Positions 38,622 to 51,723 of a stretch of 64,000 nucleotides of DNA are shown piece by piece. Origin of the DNA: Haliotis rufescens. Taxonomy: Eukaryota. The stretch is from the NCBI RefSeq assembly GCF_023055435.1, contig NW_025963835.1:11408001-11472000 (forward strand). The letters are read 5' to 3'. Position numbers and translations under genes: made by a program. Under the pieces are notes generated by a model. That model was given only the letters and a program-made list of their open reading frames with translations, did no database searches and was not told the DNA's origin. How positions within the stretch are numbered: position 1 is the first letter of the stretch; each line of letters opens with the position of its first letter.

Positions 38622-39884
38622 CTGCAAAGACACATATACACACCCTTCACTTGTTGAACTGCTTAAATCTATCATCTAAAACATAGACATATCTCCATCT
38701 GGCATAACTGTTGGCTTTATTATATTTTAAGCACAGGTGGTTTAAATCAGCTTGTAAAAGTATTTCAGTTACCAATACATCATGGCTTGTCAGCATAGCA
38801 GGAGAGTCAAAAGTGATGCAAATTATCTGTGTTAGTATGGCGTAACCCACATGGGTATATTACTGATATACCATGGATCATAAACGGTGAAATCTGGGAT
38901 CCAACGCACAAAAACTGTATCCAGCCATTGCTAAGGGACACAATTCTGTGCAGCAAAATGTAAACTGGTCCATCAATCCATAAGAGACACGTTATTGTTT
39001 AATACATAGCTCTGATAACAAGGCCTAGAACAGAGACGGAGACAAGTGTATGAATTAGACGACAGACAGTTGTGTATTCTCACTATTGGGTGTTCCATCA
39101 ATTACATAATAAATGTGTAAAGGAGTAAAGACAACATCACCAGATCTCACATTCTGAGTTAATGGATGTACCTTGAGGTACCCCTATTGACCAAATCAAA
39201 TCAAGCCACCTTTTCAATAATAATTTTGGCTTTCAAAACGAAAAGTACATAAAATGTTTTTGTTTCAAAACAAAAGCTGTTCTTAGAAGAGAGTAAGCTA
39301 CCAACATGTTTTAACAAAAGCTATAATAATCCATGCTACATGAATGGAGAAAGAACTTATTTCTTAGAAAATCAATTTTTACTGATCAATTGTTAAAGTG
39401 TAGAAAAGTTAACTAAATTTTGTATTAAAAGATCATGCAGACATAACAATAACAATAACGTCATGCACAGATATATAAGAAATTCTTTAAAAAAAAATCA
39501 TTCTAAAACCTATCTTCTTAATACTCATGAAAACATCATGATTAAATGTAAAATAATTTTCCTCATTTTCCCATAAACCTACATGGTCCTTTATGTTACG
39601 AACAGCCAGTTGTTATCTCTTTTCTAACCTCTTACCTCAAATTTGTACTTAACATGATTAGTGATTAAATAATTAACCTTTTCCAGTTTCCTAAAATCAG
39701 GTCAAAATTATTGTATACACTGCAACATTATGAAATATTCAGCTAAATAAACAAGACAACAGTATTTCAGTTATTTCTAGTAAGTAGGGACCCGAAGGCC
39801 GCAAACATTTACCACTTTTGTGAAACCTGGGAATGCTGCAAACAAACTTTGGATTATAATTTTAAGGAATAGGATTGCAACCAA

Positions 39885-40457
39885 TGACCACCAACAGGGC
39901 AGCAAAGGGATCCATCCCTGGCCTGGTAGTCATTCAGGCCTGGGACCACCAACAGGGCACCAACAGCACAAGCTGTGTTAGCATCCTCGACCACTGGGCC
40001 ATCCATGGCCTGGTAGTCATTCAGGCCTGGGACCACCAACAGGGCACCAACAGCACAAGCCGTGTTAGCATCCTTGACCACAGGACCATCCGTGGCCTGG
40101 GACCAACAACAGGGCACCAACAGCACAGGGCATGTCAGAATTCTCGACCACTGGGCCATCTATGGCCTGGTAGTCATTCAGGCCTGAGACCACCAACAGG
40201 GCACCAACAGCACAGGCCGTGTTAGCAACCTCAACCACTGGCCCATCCGTGGCCTGGGACCAACAACAGGGCACCAACAGCACAGGGCATGTCAGCATCC
40301 TCGACCACTGGGCCATCTATGACCTGGTAGTCATTCAGGCCTGGGACCATCATAGGGCACCAACAGCACAGGCCGTGTTAGCATCCTCGACCACTGGGCT
40401 ATCTATGACCACTGGGCCATCTATGGCCTGGTAGTCATTCAGGCCTGGGACCACCAA
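39885..40457. repeat. GC-rich minisatellite with 87-bp and 70-bp units
   Basis: G[G/A]GACCA unit starts at 39942, 40029, 40099, 40186, 40256, 40343 and 40447. Confidence 0.92.
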
Positions 40458-40649
40458 AACCATTTTCTACCATGACATTTTAGAATCCTGCAATCTGATC
40501 AGTCTGTCAATGGCATTGAATCAATGTTAGACCATGATCCTACTAATGACCACATCACCGCAAAAGAAATTATTTCAAAAGCACTTCTGTCTCGATACCA
40601 ACCAGTAGGCAATTATTGTAAATTTTACAGTAAATTGTATATTTATAAT

Positions 40650-41015
40650 ACTTATCCTATCTCACTCTATACATTTCACCCTTCTTCTTCTGATCTTTGT
40701 GTGGAAACGTCTAAACAAAGTTTCCAGCTTCTAAGCTCATTTTGCCCAAACACACCTTGCATCACCATGGCAACCAGCCTAACAATCAAGTCTTGCACCC
40801 GAATCCAGTGTAGCCTGACCTACAAGATCTGATCACCTGACACCCTCTGCCTCACGAGATTCAGGTGCATGGCCTGATTGTTAGTGTGGGCGCTATGGTG
40901 ATGCAAGGAGTGTTTGGGCGAAATCAACTTAGAAGCTGGAAACTTTGTTTTAGGGCATTTCCAAACAAGGATCGGAAGAAGAAGGATGAAATGCATAGAG
41001 TTAGATAGGATAAGT
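40650..41015. mobile_element. Fold-back MITE (~155-bp inverted arms)
   Basis: ACTTATCCTATCT...CTTCTTC...AAAGTTTCCAGCTTCTAAG...TTGCATCACCAT mirrored by ATGGTGATGCAA...CTTAGAAGCTGGAAACTTT...AGATAGGATAAGT. Confidence 0.85.
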
Positions 41016-42429
41016 TTAAAAATTGCTTAAAAGCTTTGGATAACATCTGCAGGTGGTTTCTCAATTATGTAAAGTGTGGCAAATTATTCAAAGCAACATC
41101 GTCCACAAGAGTCTACTCATAGATTCACTTTCATGAGCAGAGCTTGGCATACAGTCCTACATATCACATAGCGTGACACCAAGTCCGTCATGTGAGAATA
41201 TAATCACTATAATACTGTACTGCATAGGTCACTTCATATTTTCTAAGGAAGAAGGATTGAATAATGCTTAGACTGTAGATGATTTTATTATCAAGGTGAT
41301 TTAAGCATTATCAATTATGGTGTAAATCATGTTTTGAATATATGAAAGCAAACATAAGCTGATAAAATCAGTCATCACCGATCGCTAAGTTAGACCATTC
41401 AATCTACTACAAATACTAGACTCGACTGATTCCACATCACTCATCACTTCACTATTACAAAAGAGCTTCATTTTATTGTCATAGTAGAATGGAATGTTTT
41501 CAATTTACACGGTTACAAATATGATTTGATACCTAAAATGTTTCAAAATAGAAATCTCACACTATGGTTTAGAATTATATTTACAGGTATCAAATGCATG
41601 TTCAACACCTCCAAACTGAAAGCAGTAGGTTTATCTCCTAATCAGATACTCAGCCAATCCAATCCTCATTTCAGTGACCAAGCATTGGGTACAGGGAATA
41701 GCTATGATCCAGAATCCCCAAAGTGTTAATTATCCTGTACATGTACCTGTTGGTTATGACACAGCTAACATGCACATGCCACCATGGCTACAAGGTACCT
41801 CGGAATATATGCACATAGGAAAAGTAGCCATACAGTTTAAATACTTTTCTGTTGCATTAGGGTAGAAGGTAACATGCATAAGTTATTTACAGATACTGGG
41901 GGATATGTTATTACAAGATATAATGAAGCATTAGGTTAGGTTATGTCCAAATGGTAACCACACAATTGTAACTGCACATATGCTGAGAGATCAAATTCTG
42001 TTACAAAACTGGCTGAAAACTAGAACATGTCATTAAATGACAAATTCTTCCAAATCAATAACATACATAATGAATGGATACTACATGAGCACTAATGCAT
42101 CCCAAGGTGTCCTCATTGGTCAGGTCATTGTGAAAAGATAAAGCTCCCCACGGCTTGTGCAGTGTAAATTGTGGTACGTGCAAATACGGCAAAACAAAAT
42201 GTCATATCATTCATGCATAGCAGCTATGTTAACTAAATAATCGGAAAGTAAGTCAACAACACTTATATATCCACAGATGAAACAAAATCAAGCGAAAAAA
42301 AGGAAAACGGAATCTAAAGACGCATCTATAATGGAGCCCTCGTGAAACAGGCGACCCACGACAAGACGTCAGCCACAGTGAAAGACTGAAGCCATTATGG
42401 CCACATCTCATTCCCACAAACCAGCCTAC

Positions 42430-42522
42430 CTTTGGTGAGTTTGGACTGTACGAACCGCTCCGTGAAAACCATGACCATGTCTTCACGTGTGAAGGGAACT
42501 GGTCAGTATTTGGCACATTACC
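42430..42522 (-). CDS. TAOK: Candidate TAO 93-nt cassette exon GNVPNTDQFPSHVKTWSWFSRSGSYSPNSPK
   Basis: ctgcttcgttattag|GGT...AAG|gtaggc; phase 0-0, stop-free. Confidence 0.62.
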
Positions 42523-44414
42523 CTAATAACGAAGCAGGGGATGTCATAATGTGAGTCAACAACAAAATAAGGCCACACACACATGATGTCAACACAGTGG
42601 GGCGAGCGAGCAGAGGCTGTATTCATTCATCAGTGAAGGAACCAAATACACTACAGAAGCAGTGAATTATTGTGGAAACTGAGGCCAAACAGCGTTATGG
42701 CAAGGTGGATATCCGAGACTACTATTACAATAATTAACAGTACCAGCATTTTATTTTCTTCTACAAGCAGTTGTCAGTATTTCAGAACTCAGTAATGTAA
42801 TTAGATGACATCAGGGATTTATCTAGGATTCCAAACTAAGTGCTTTTGGCAGGCAAATTGGGAAGAGAAACCATGTAACTTGGTTCAAAATTGGGAATTT
42901 GTTCTGAAGTTCTTATTATATTAAAGTCAGAGGTATTTTAACATTTCCTTCAATGCAAAAATGAAAAACTAAGCATTAGAGCCCCATCCTCCTTATTGGT
43001 CCTGCTATCAGCAAAATACAGCTCACCTCTGCAGAGTTATAATAATTAGTTGCAACTGTAATAACATGACTTGGGAAATTATTTATTCTGACTATTCTGC
43101 TTTTTTACTGAGGGCTGACTATCATCCTCTGAGCAAGTCTAGATAGATCCCTGATCATGATGGTAACACAGCTGTTGAAGAGAGGAAGGAATCTTACTTT
43201 GATTCCTGGTTAGATGATTTACTCTCTTGATGACACCATAAATTCATTTAATATTTTTATAGCATTTTTCATCTAATGTATTTGTGACGGTTTTTCATTC
43301 ACAGATGTGAAAGACAGCAAACAGCCAACTTCCAGATGCAAAATGGGACATTAAATCTCATGTATGTATATTTCACAACCATAAAAAAATGATAATTCTT
43401 ACAATAAATATCAGACACTTTCATAACACTATCAACATAAACAGGAAAATAAAAACAATATTCAACAGCTGGTTTGACGAGGAAAGCAACATGGCTAACA
43501 TTGGTATGTGGTACTCTGGGATTATAGTACAATTAAAAAAGGCAGTCTCAACCACATTTGGCATATCATGATTTAAAAATATGTTTTATCATTAATTCGC
43601 ATCACTTACATAAAAAAATAAAATAAAATTCATTTCACAGTCAAATTTTAGTCAAGGGAGTGATTGAATGTTTAAACCTGCAGCAGCAATATCTTATCTA
43701 TTTACAGATGCTAATCTTGTAAGAATATGACTTGTCATATCCATCACGTTATAAAAAAGAAAAACAATTTGAAACATTAAATAAATTCAGCATATTTATG
43801 CTTGAATGTTTAAATGGTTCATACAAGAGTAATTACGGTATGACGACTGAGAAACACTGTATGCAACATGCTTGCTCTTGTCAGCTCTGGTATTGTATGT
43901 TTAATACTTAAGCATCAAACAGAAGTACATTGGCCTTTGATAACATGCAGACGATTGCAGAGAAAAACAAAATAAGGCTTAATTCAAATGCTCTGCCGAA
44001 TTATTGTCAAATGATGAAGTTAAGCAGCACATTCACTTCGAATCAATTTCATGCAACATGACCTTGTGAGGTAGTTACGTTTGAGTGCCAATATTTGTAG
44101 AGTTTTACTTTTGATCTAGTTAAAGATGTGTAAACTTAACACAGCACTAGCCACATGACGGGCTACATGGCAGGTCAGCGCTTGTACAGATATGAATACA
44201 CATTGGGAAAAGTAGAGTGCCACTCTGAGTAAACAACATCAATCTGATGTCTGCCATCTGAACCCTTGTGGCTGAAGTGTTGCCCATCTCAGTCATGAAC
44301 ATTTTATAGATCAATGTGCAGATGACAAGCACAAGACAATACACCATAGTTACATTTACCATTAATGCGGAACCGAGAATTACCATAACATGTACTGTTG
44401 TAAACTATGACTTG

Positions 44415-44590
44415 GTTGTTATTTAGCCTAACGCCAACCTCAGCCATATTCCAGCTATGTGCCAGCAGCCTGACAATAAGTCTGGACCAGGCAATCCAGT
44501 GATTGATATTATGCAACAATCCATGCCATCGTGTTACGACATGCTACCAACCAAGTCACTGAGCCTGACTACCTGATCCATTAAGTCACC
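44415..44590 (-). mobile_element. Degenerate SINE-like family C copy
   Basis: CAGCCATATTCCAGCTAT...AGTCTGGACCAGGCAATCCAGTGATTGA...AACCAAGTCA. Confidence 0.75.
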
Positions 44591-45041
44591 TCAGTAGAGG
44601 TTGCTAACAAAAGCACATTTAGATAATAATGTTCTGAGTGTGTCTTTTTAGCCTACAACATTTATGATCAAGAATTCAGTTGTTTTAGTCTTTTAAATAC
44701 CGCAAAATGTTCACATCTTTTCAACCAAGAGTCTCTGGTCCAAAATAGGGATTGTTTTTTAAAGTCTACATTTCCTAATGCCTAATTGGGAGGTATGGTA
44801 ACATTTAGGTACATAAGAATTTGAATGTTTATTGGACCTCTTTTACTGGCATTTGTTGAAGACCTGACGCCGAACAGCTGCCTAGGAGAACCCCAATATA
44901 ATTCCCTTGGCTAAAATTTCCACAGGTATACATGTAACTTGGGGGACAATATAATGAGTACATGACATACTGCATATTGGCCCACTGGGGAGACTGGTAC
45001 GACAAGGGCAGCATGCAGAGTGACGGCCATGCTATAGTTAC

Positions 45042-45071
45042 CTGTGTCTCAACTTGTACGGTTGGGGGAGG
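45042..45071 (-). CDS. TAOK: Candidate TAO 30-nt cassette microexon PPPTVQVETQ
   Basis: ctgcttgtatcttcag|CCT...CAG|gtaact; phase 0-0, stop-free; UGCAUG 24-29 nt downstream. Confidence 0.65.
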
Positions 45072-46575
45072 CTGAAGATACAAGCAGTACAATTAAATTC
45101 TTGTTACATCTGCACTGTGGAACCCTTACTACCAACTGTGCACCATAAGTGAGTGAGTTAGTTGGGATAAAACAACTTTGCACAGTATTACATCATGGTG
45201 TGTAGTCTGTGACTTATGCCACTAGTCCAAAACCTGAGTCTTGAAAACTTCTGTTAGGTCTAGTAAGCTCAGCAAATGATAGTCCATACAATACTAAAGC
45301 TACTGAAAATTATGCCAAGTGTCAATTTTCCCCCTTGTAGGCTTTGGCAGAGAGTGGGTGTGTCCACTAGATGTGGTCAGAAAATCCCAAGTTACTTTGG
45401 CCGGAAACCTGGGCACGGAATTGGTGCAGGCTGACCAACACATAGGTATTCCAAACCATGATCAGCAGATCCTGGCATATCTAAGGGTCAGGATTACACA
45501 CAACAAGATGAAGTGCCTTAAAGGGCCACCCATGATGGGGAAAAAATATGAAAACCGTGCTTAATCTGAGTGAGAAAGTTTTCAATGACATCACAGCGAA
45601 GGACAAACAACAATGGGTTCGAAGTATGTTTCTACAAGGGACTCAAACCTAAGTAAAAACCCCTGAGCTACCTAACCAGGATCATTGATACAAGTTACTT
45701 CAAATAAAATATACATGAAAGTTTGCTATCTGTCCTAGTGAAATTTACATTGTCATGTCTTGAAGAATTACACAAAATTGAATAAGTGATTGAACTGAAT
45801 CTAGCCAAGTGAAAAAGACAATACAAGCACAGTACATATCTTTCTTTCCAATCTAAAGGCAAATGTTCTTTAAATTTTGAATGGATAAGGGCAATTGACA
45901 CCCTGAACAAAGAACAAAATAACAGTTCACTGCAAACTGCTTAAAACTACATATGAAATCTACTGTTTTGCACACAAAAATGTTTTACTCCAAATCGTTT
46001 TGTTAGGTATATATATGTCACATTCAACTTATAACCAAAACAGCTCCTTAAATATATGTTGAAATAAAACCCCACTTTCCACACTTTCTTATCACGTGCT
46101 GTATGTGTACCATGATGACCTTTTGGTGCCTCACCCAAGATGGTCACATGTAGTATGTTCAAAATAATGTTTTGTATTTATCATGTTTATAGTAACATGA
46201 ATATCATGACATGTATAAAGCTATGTTGATATGACAAGGTAATGTATGAAGAGAGCATCCATGAAGCATTAATTAGAGTCCTTCTGGGAATGTCTTCATA
46301 ACCCGACAACCTAATCCAGCCTGCCTGCGACAAGGCCGGCCAAGAAGATTTACCATTATGATAAGGATTCAAGATGGGAAATTTGATGTTGATGAAGCAT
46401 GTGCAGAAACATGATCTTTGTCATCCAGACTAAGAAATGGAACCAACAGACAACTGACAATGCAAAGATGAACATCTTTGACAAAACTCAACACAATCCT
46501 ATGCCCATCAAGTATCCTGAATATTTGCATCATAATAGTTTGTTGAAATAAGTTATACTAACTTATGCAAATGTT

Positions 46576-46812
46576 TCTGTTTTGTTTGTTTGTTGTTTGT
46601 GCCGCACTCAGCAATATTCCAGCCATATGATAGTGGTTTGCAAATAATCAAGTCTGGACCAGACAACCCAGTGATTGACATCATGAACATTGGTCTACGC
46701 AACTGGAGACCTGCATCAAACCAAGTTAGCGAGCCTGAACATCCAATCCGGTTAGTCACCTCTTACGACAAGCATGGGTTGCTGAAGGCTAATACTAACC
46801 GGATCTTCGCAG
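46576..46812 (-). mobile_element. SINE-like family C copy
   Basis: Reverse complement of the 17426 copy, including TTAGTCACCTCTTACGACAAGCATGGGTTGCTGAAG. Confidence 0.85.
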
Positions 46813-47111
46813 GTGTTATGCAAAGTTAATAACACAATCACATAAATGTTCCTTCAGTTATCCATCATCTGTCTACTGTAATAGCAGGCTCAGCACAGTC
46901 CCTATAGCAAGCAAAGTTTTTATACTGGTTCCCACTTTCATAACAAAATGTCATGTCAATCCTCTGAAAATGTGATGCTGAAAAAACTATTTCGATAAAA
47001 ATGTCTTCAGAACTGGAAAGAAAGTTCCAACATTTTTAGTTTCATCAAGAGCTGGTTTTGAAATGTAATTCCTGGAATAAAACTGTTGTACTGTCTAGTG
47101 ACATGACTTAC

Positions 47112-47258
47112 ACTCCGATCGCGGGTATAGAAAGAGTGGATGGCATTCAGGTCGCTCGTGTTGGCTCCTATACTGGCGATGCTGCTTTGGCTACTGGCGC
47201 AGTTGCTGTTGTGACTTTGCAGGCTGTCCGACCGGCTGCCATCCAAGTTGTCGTCATC
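47112..47258 (-). CDS. TAOK: TAO coding exon 9 DDDNLDGSRSDSLQS...TRDRS (Ser-rich linker)
   Basis: cag|GAT ... AGT|gtaagt; 147 nt, phase 0-0. Confidence 0.88.
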
Positions 47259-47683
47259 CTGTACCATGTCAACATGTGAGTGAGTGAATGTTGTTTTACG
47301 ACATCACCAACACATCAACTGGATGATGTCAGCTTATACAGGGTGCTTACACTATTTCAGTCACAAATACAAGGTCTTGAATGAAAGCTACCTCCCAAAA
47401 ATAAGGTCCCAAAAATAAACTTATTTAATGTTACTCATACTACCTTATACACATAAAAATGTGTGACACTTTTCAGGCCCCTCCATTTAGTTCATTACAG
47501 ATACCTAGAGAATAAGTGCAACCGAGTGTAACTTATAGTTACTATCCATTCAAGATTTAAGTTAACACTTATGATAAACATTGGCCCCTTTGAGTGTCAT
47601 ATCATTCAAAATACACTAAATAATTGGGTTTTAGGGAAGATTTTAAAATCAATGGTAAAGGAGATTGAAAACTGGAACCTTAC

Positions 47684-47875
47684 CTGAGAATCTTCCTCAC
47701 CCCCGTCGGTGGAGGATGGGGCAGGGGACCGCTCCGTGCTGCCCTCGTCATTGTCTATGATCAGTTTCTTCATGCGACGGTACTGAGACATGTCTAACTC
47801 TCGCACTTTATTCTTGGTTCTCTGTATCAGCTCCAGTATCACATCGGGTGGTCGAATACGTGTTAAAAACTGGTT
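47684..47875 (-). CDS. TAOK: TAO coding exon 8 NQFLTRIRPPDVILELIQRTK...GEEDSQ
   Basis: cag|AAC ... CAG|gtaagg; 192 nt. Confidence 0.94.
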
Positions 47876-48110
47876 CTGCAAATATCAGGCATATAATCAT
47901 GATTATAACCAAGGACTATTATTTGCTGCCGTTTTGTGCCGAATTTCAACATCATGGCAGGGGTACCAAAGTTTGGATTCAAATTACACCCATTTGGGCA
48001 ACAGAAACTGGGACTTAAGACATGACAAGCTCCCACTTTACAAACAATTCTGCTGTCAACATAGCATATTCTTGCTGAGGTTGAAAGGCCTGTGAGTATG
48101 AACCATCAAC

Positions 48111-51100
48111 TTTAGTAAAATCTGAATATTTTTCACACTTGAATACTTATCCTGCAGTACTACCTTAATGCTTTTCCTGCTATTTTCTTGACAGATAGAC
48201 GGCACTGAGAGAGGTCCAGGCTGCAGAGGTTGTTCCAACTAGTTGTGTGGCTCATACCCTCCCACAGCTACCACTTGACCGGAAGTGGCGATGTCACGTA
48301 TAATCACATTACTGCCAGAAACTAACATCTGAACCACTTTGTGGGGAGCTAGCAAAGCGATGGGCGTCACTTTAGACGTAGTAATACAGGATAGGTATTC
48401 AAAATGTAAAAAACATTTAGATTTTACTAAATGTTTTACTTATCCTGCATTACTACCTTAAAGCTTTTTAATCAGATGGAACGGAGCGGGGCCTACCTCA
48501 TACCAGATGTAATTTCAGGATAGACCCTCAACCAGTCCAGGTAACCAGATAGCAACCTGAGCGGGAAACCGGAAACCAAACACCATTCCTGTCTGATAGA
48601 ACCACATGAGAGAGAGTAGGAGAGATGAAGTCCAGTCAGGAAACTCAATTCCGACCAAGAAACTGGAACAAACGGAAGTATGAAACCCTCTAGTCTGGGA
48701 TCAATTCTACCAGAGAGGTCGCAGGGTCAGCTCAGAGGTGTAAACGTCAAGACCGTCTGGGGTTTGTGACTTGTTGCCCTACCACCAGGGGACCAAAACT
48801 ATGGACACCTTGCACATCCTCAAGAGCCACATCTCGAAGAAGAATCTAAGTGCCAAGAACAACCCTCCATGATGGACTTGATGGAACAGTTGTAATGGAC
48901 GGCCATGGTCGAAGTGACGGCTCGAATCTCATGGGGGTTGGTTCTAGGCGGGTCCATACCGGCAAGGTCATAAGCCTGCAGGATAATGGAACGAAGCCAC
49001 AAATAGATAGTGTTGCAACTAACTTCTGTCTGGAATGTAGGAGAGACCGGAATAAACAGTCATTTCCAAAATCCTGAAAGACAAAGGACAACCAGGATTG
49101 CTCAAACTGGGCAGAGAAAGAGTTCATCCTCATCCTCGAAACCCACTTCGATGATAAGGGGAGAATGGTAAAAGATCTGTCCGGCTGTCCTGGGAGTTGA
49201 TTCGAAGCCCAAGGTGGACAGCACCATGTGCTTTGTGCTCAAACAGTACTCGGACCAAGCGTGCAGATGAAATTTGTCTGGAGCTGGATGTGGCAACTGA
49301 CTGTGGGGATGTACCAGTAGATGTGGCCGACCGGGGGGCCCAAGAGGGTCTCCATTGACGATGTCTTGATGGTCCACGAACCAGTTCTGTTCTGGCCACC
49401 AAGGCACCAGACAACCTTTATGTTGTCTTTAGATATGGCGATCACTGTGTGCCGAAGACAGGACTGCTAGTGAGACATGGCCAGGATGAGTGCCACGAGT
49501 TCCAAATTGTTGATGTGCCACTGGTGCTTAGCGTCTGACCGGAGATCGGAGGCAGTCTGGTCATCAATATGTGGCCCCCCAACCCAGGCGTGAGGTGTTG
49601 ACGAACAGGTGGAGTGTCGGCTTAAGTGCTGTCAAGGAGACGCCGTTGCAGACATTCAATTTCACTGTCCACCAACGAAGGTAAGGGCGAAGGTGAAGCA
49701 GGAGCGTGATGGAGGCCAGAGTTATTGAGCCAGCAAACTGCTGTCCTTTTTGTCCACATACAGGCCTTGGGAAGGAGCAACCATAGCCAACCAGTCTGCT
49801 ATCCAGTCCTGTAGTTGATTAAGTCCAAGGTGCATGTCCGGCTCGAAAGAAGGAGTCTCAACGATAAACTGACGGAGCCCGCCAAAGAGTCAGATGGGTA
49901 GTCATATTGCTGAAAAGCGGGGAATGATTGCAATAACAGTGCCAGGAATGAGAGGACTTGGAAGTGTGGTGAGAAAACCCAGGGTAGTGGCATCCTCAAG
50001 GCAGCAAGGGACGGACATGAAGTAGTCGTAGGTTATAGGAACAAGGAAGTACTTACTTGATGTGCAAGAGGCGCTAACAGCACTAAAGTGGAAACCAGGG
50101 GCACCTGAGGCATACTGATCAATGGTAGAAATCCTTGATGCGCCATTGGCGCCGATGTAGTAAAAAGCTGGAAAGGGAGCGGGGGGAAAACTGTGAGCGC
50201 TGCAGTCGCCGAAGGGGCCAATAAGCACCATCTGAGCCATGGATGGTGGGAACATGATTGCATCCAGTGAACCCAAGTGGGGTCCAGATACGGCGCAGGG
50301 AAGGAGCCAAAACCGGGAGGCATCACAGGCACCAGTGCTGGATGTCCCGCTGACAAAGAGGTAACCATGGGGGCGGACATGACAGGTGTGAACACCGATG
50401 AAGACAACGTCGGGAAGAGAGACAGTAGTAAAAACTGCAGTGTGGTAGGGGATAACAAGACCTCAGAGTCAACCTCAGGTGTCAGGGAAGTCTCAACGTT
50501 GTCGTCAGCCATTTGGGGATGTCTGCAGGCTTTTCTCAAGACCCTAAAGTATTCAGTGAAGTCATGAGGGGAAAAAGAACGGCCAAGATCACACCGCGAC
50601 GTGGAGCAGGGGTCTGTACAATCGGTGCACCAGAGGTGGGGATTCCAAGCTGAATTACTGCCATGACTCTGAGAGCAACACAGCATAAACTATGAAGTAA
50701 GGAAACGTTGCAAGCATGAATGACATGTATGCCAACAAAGTAAAACGGGCAAATAATTATAACTCAAACTTTTATAACTTTACGAGAGAAAACTTCAATT
50801 CAAGGAGTTTATATTACACTTAAAAAGCCCAGGATAGAAGTGTTAATAGCACATGAACAAGAGCTAAGATTGACATATGAAATATCAAAGCACAAGACAT
50901 GAAGACATGACAATGTGGCAAAAACAAGATGGCTGATGGAACAACACACACACGAAGTAAGGTGCGACAAAGAGCCAAATTCAGGCGTAAATAACGCTAA
51001 TTGCAAACCTGAAAGGACCACAATAACACACCAGAGTATAACAAATACAATTATGAATGCATTGGCAACCAAAAGGACAAGCAAAGGATGCTGTCTGGTT

Positions 51101-51323
51101 GTTAGAAACTGGGAGTTTTTTCTCAAACATCTGTACAGTTTGATGACTAGCAGAAATGTGATAATATGTGACACCGGCACTTCCGGTCACTTATTAGCTG
51201 TGGGAGGGTGTGAGCCACACAACTAGTTGGAACAACTTCTTCTGCAGCCTGGACCTCTCACAGCTCTGTCTATCTGTCAAGGAAATAGCAGTAAAAGCAT
51301 TAAGGTAGTACTGCAGGATAAGT
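48111..51323 (-). mobile_element. Internally deleted DIRS1-like tyrosine-recombinase retrotransposon in TAO intron 7
   Basis: ~180-bp inverted terminal repeats (48145-~48330 and ~51135-51323) and an internal complementary region at ~48378-48468. Decayed coding remnants on the - strand, in DIRS order: Cys/His gag-like start (NPHLWCTDCTDPC..RC), RNase H (LFVNTSRLGWGA../HINNLEL), methyltransferase-like tail (PWWPEQNWF...HPAPDKFHLHAW), recombinase C-terminus (WLRSII..AY...HEIRA...SW). Confidence 0.88.
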
Positions 51324-51547
51324 TGAATAATAATATTACTCAGCTCATCTTGAAGAATCAGTAACTTTTACTGAAAGACCATGGTTATGTTTCTAATAAG
51401 CAGGATCACAATAAATCAGCACTTGGGATTTGGACTCCAAACCAACAGTTTGTGGCATGGCTAGTGAGCTGAAGAGTGAAACGTGGTGTATACAACACTT
51501 CAACCTTGGAAAGAACAGTGCAGCAGGAAGTCTCAGCATCTACTCAC

Positions 51548-51723
51548 TTGTAACAATTCTGCTGCTGAGGGTCTGTTTTCTGGGTCTTTCGCTAGACACG
51601 CGTCAACAAAATTTCTGAAGTCATCCGACCACTCTCCAGCTGACAGAGACGGGGAGTCGTTTTGAGCTATGTGGTAGAGAGCACTCATAGCGTTCATATT
51701 GAATAGAGGTGGTTTCCTCTCAG
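51548..51723 (-). CDS. TAOK: TAO coding exon 7 (A)[21 protein letters not shown]...AELLQ
   Basis: cag|CT GAG ... CAA|gtgagt; 176 nt. Confidence 0.96.

Noticed and set aside
39636-43272. Further TAO exon candidates (39636-39690, 41799-41848, ~43198-43272, - strand)
   Set aside because: Splice-like ends, but lengths are not multiples of three or there are stops in phase 0. They could be poison exons, but the sequence alone does not support them.
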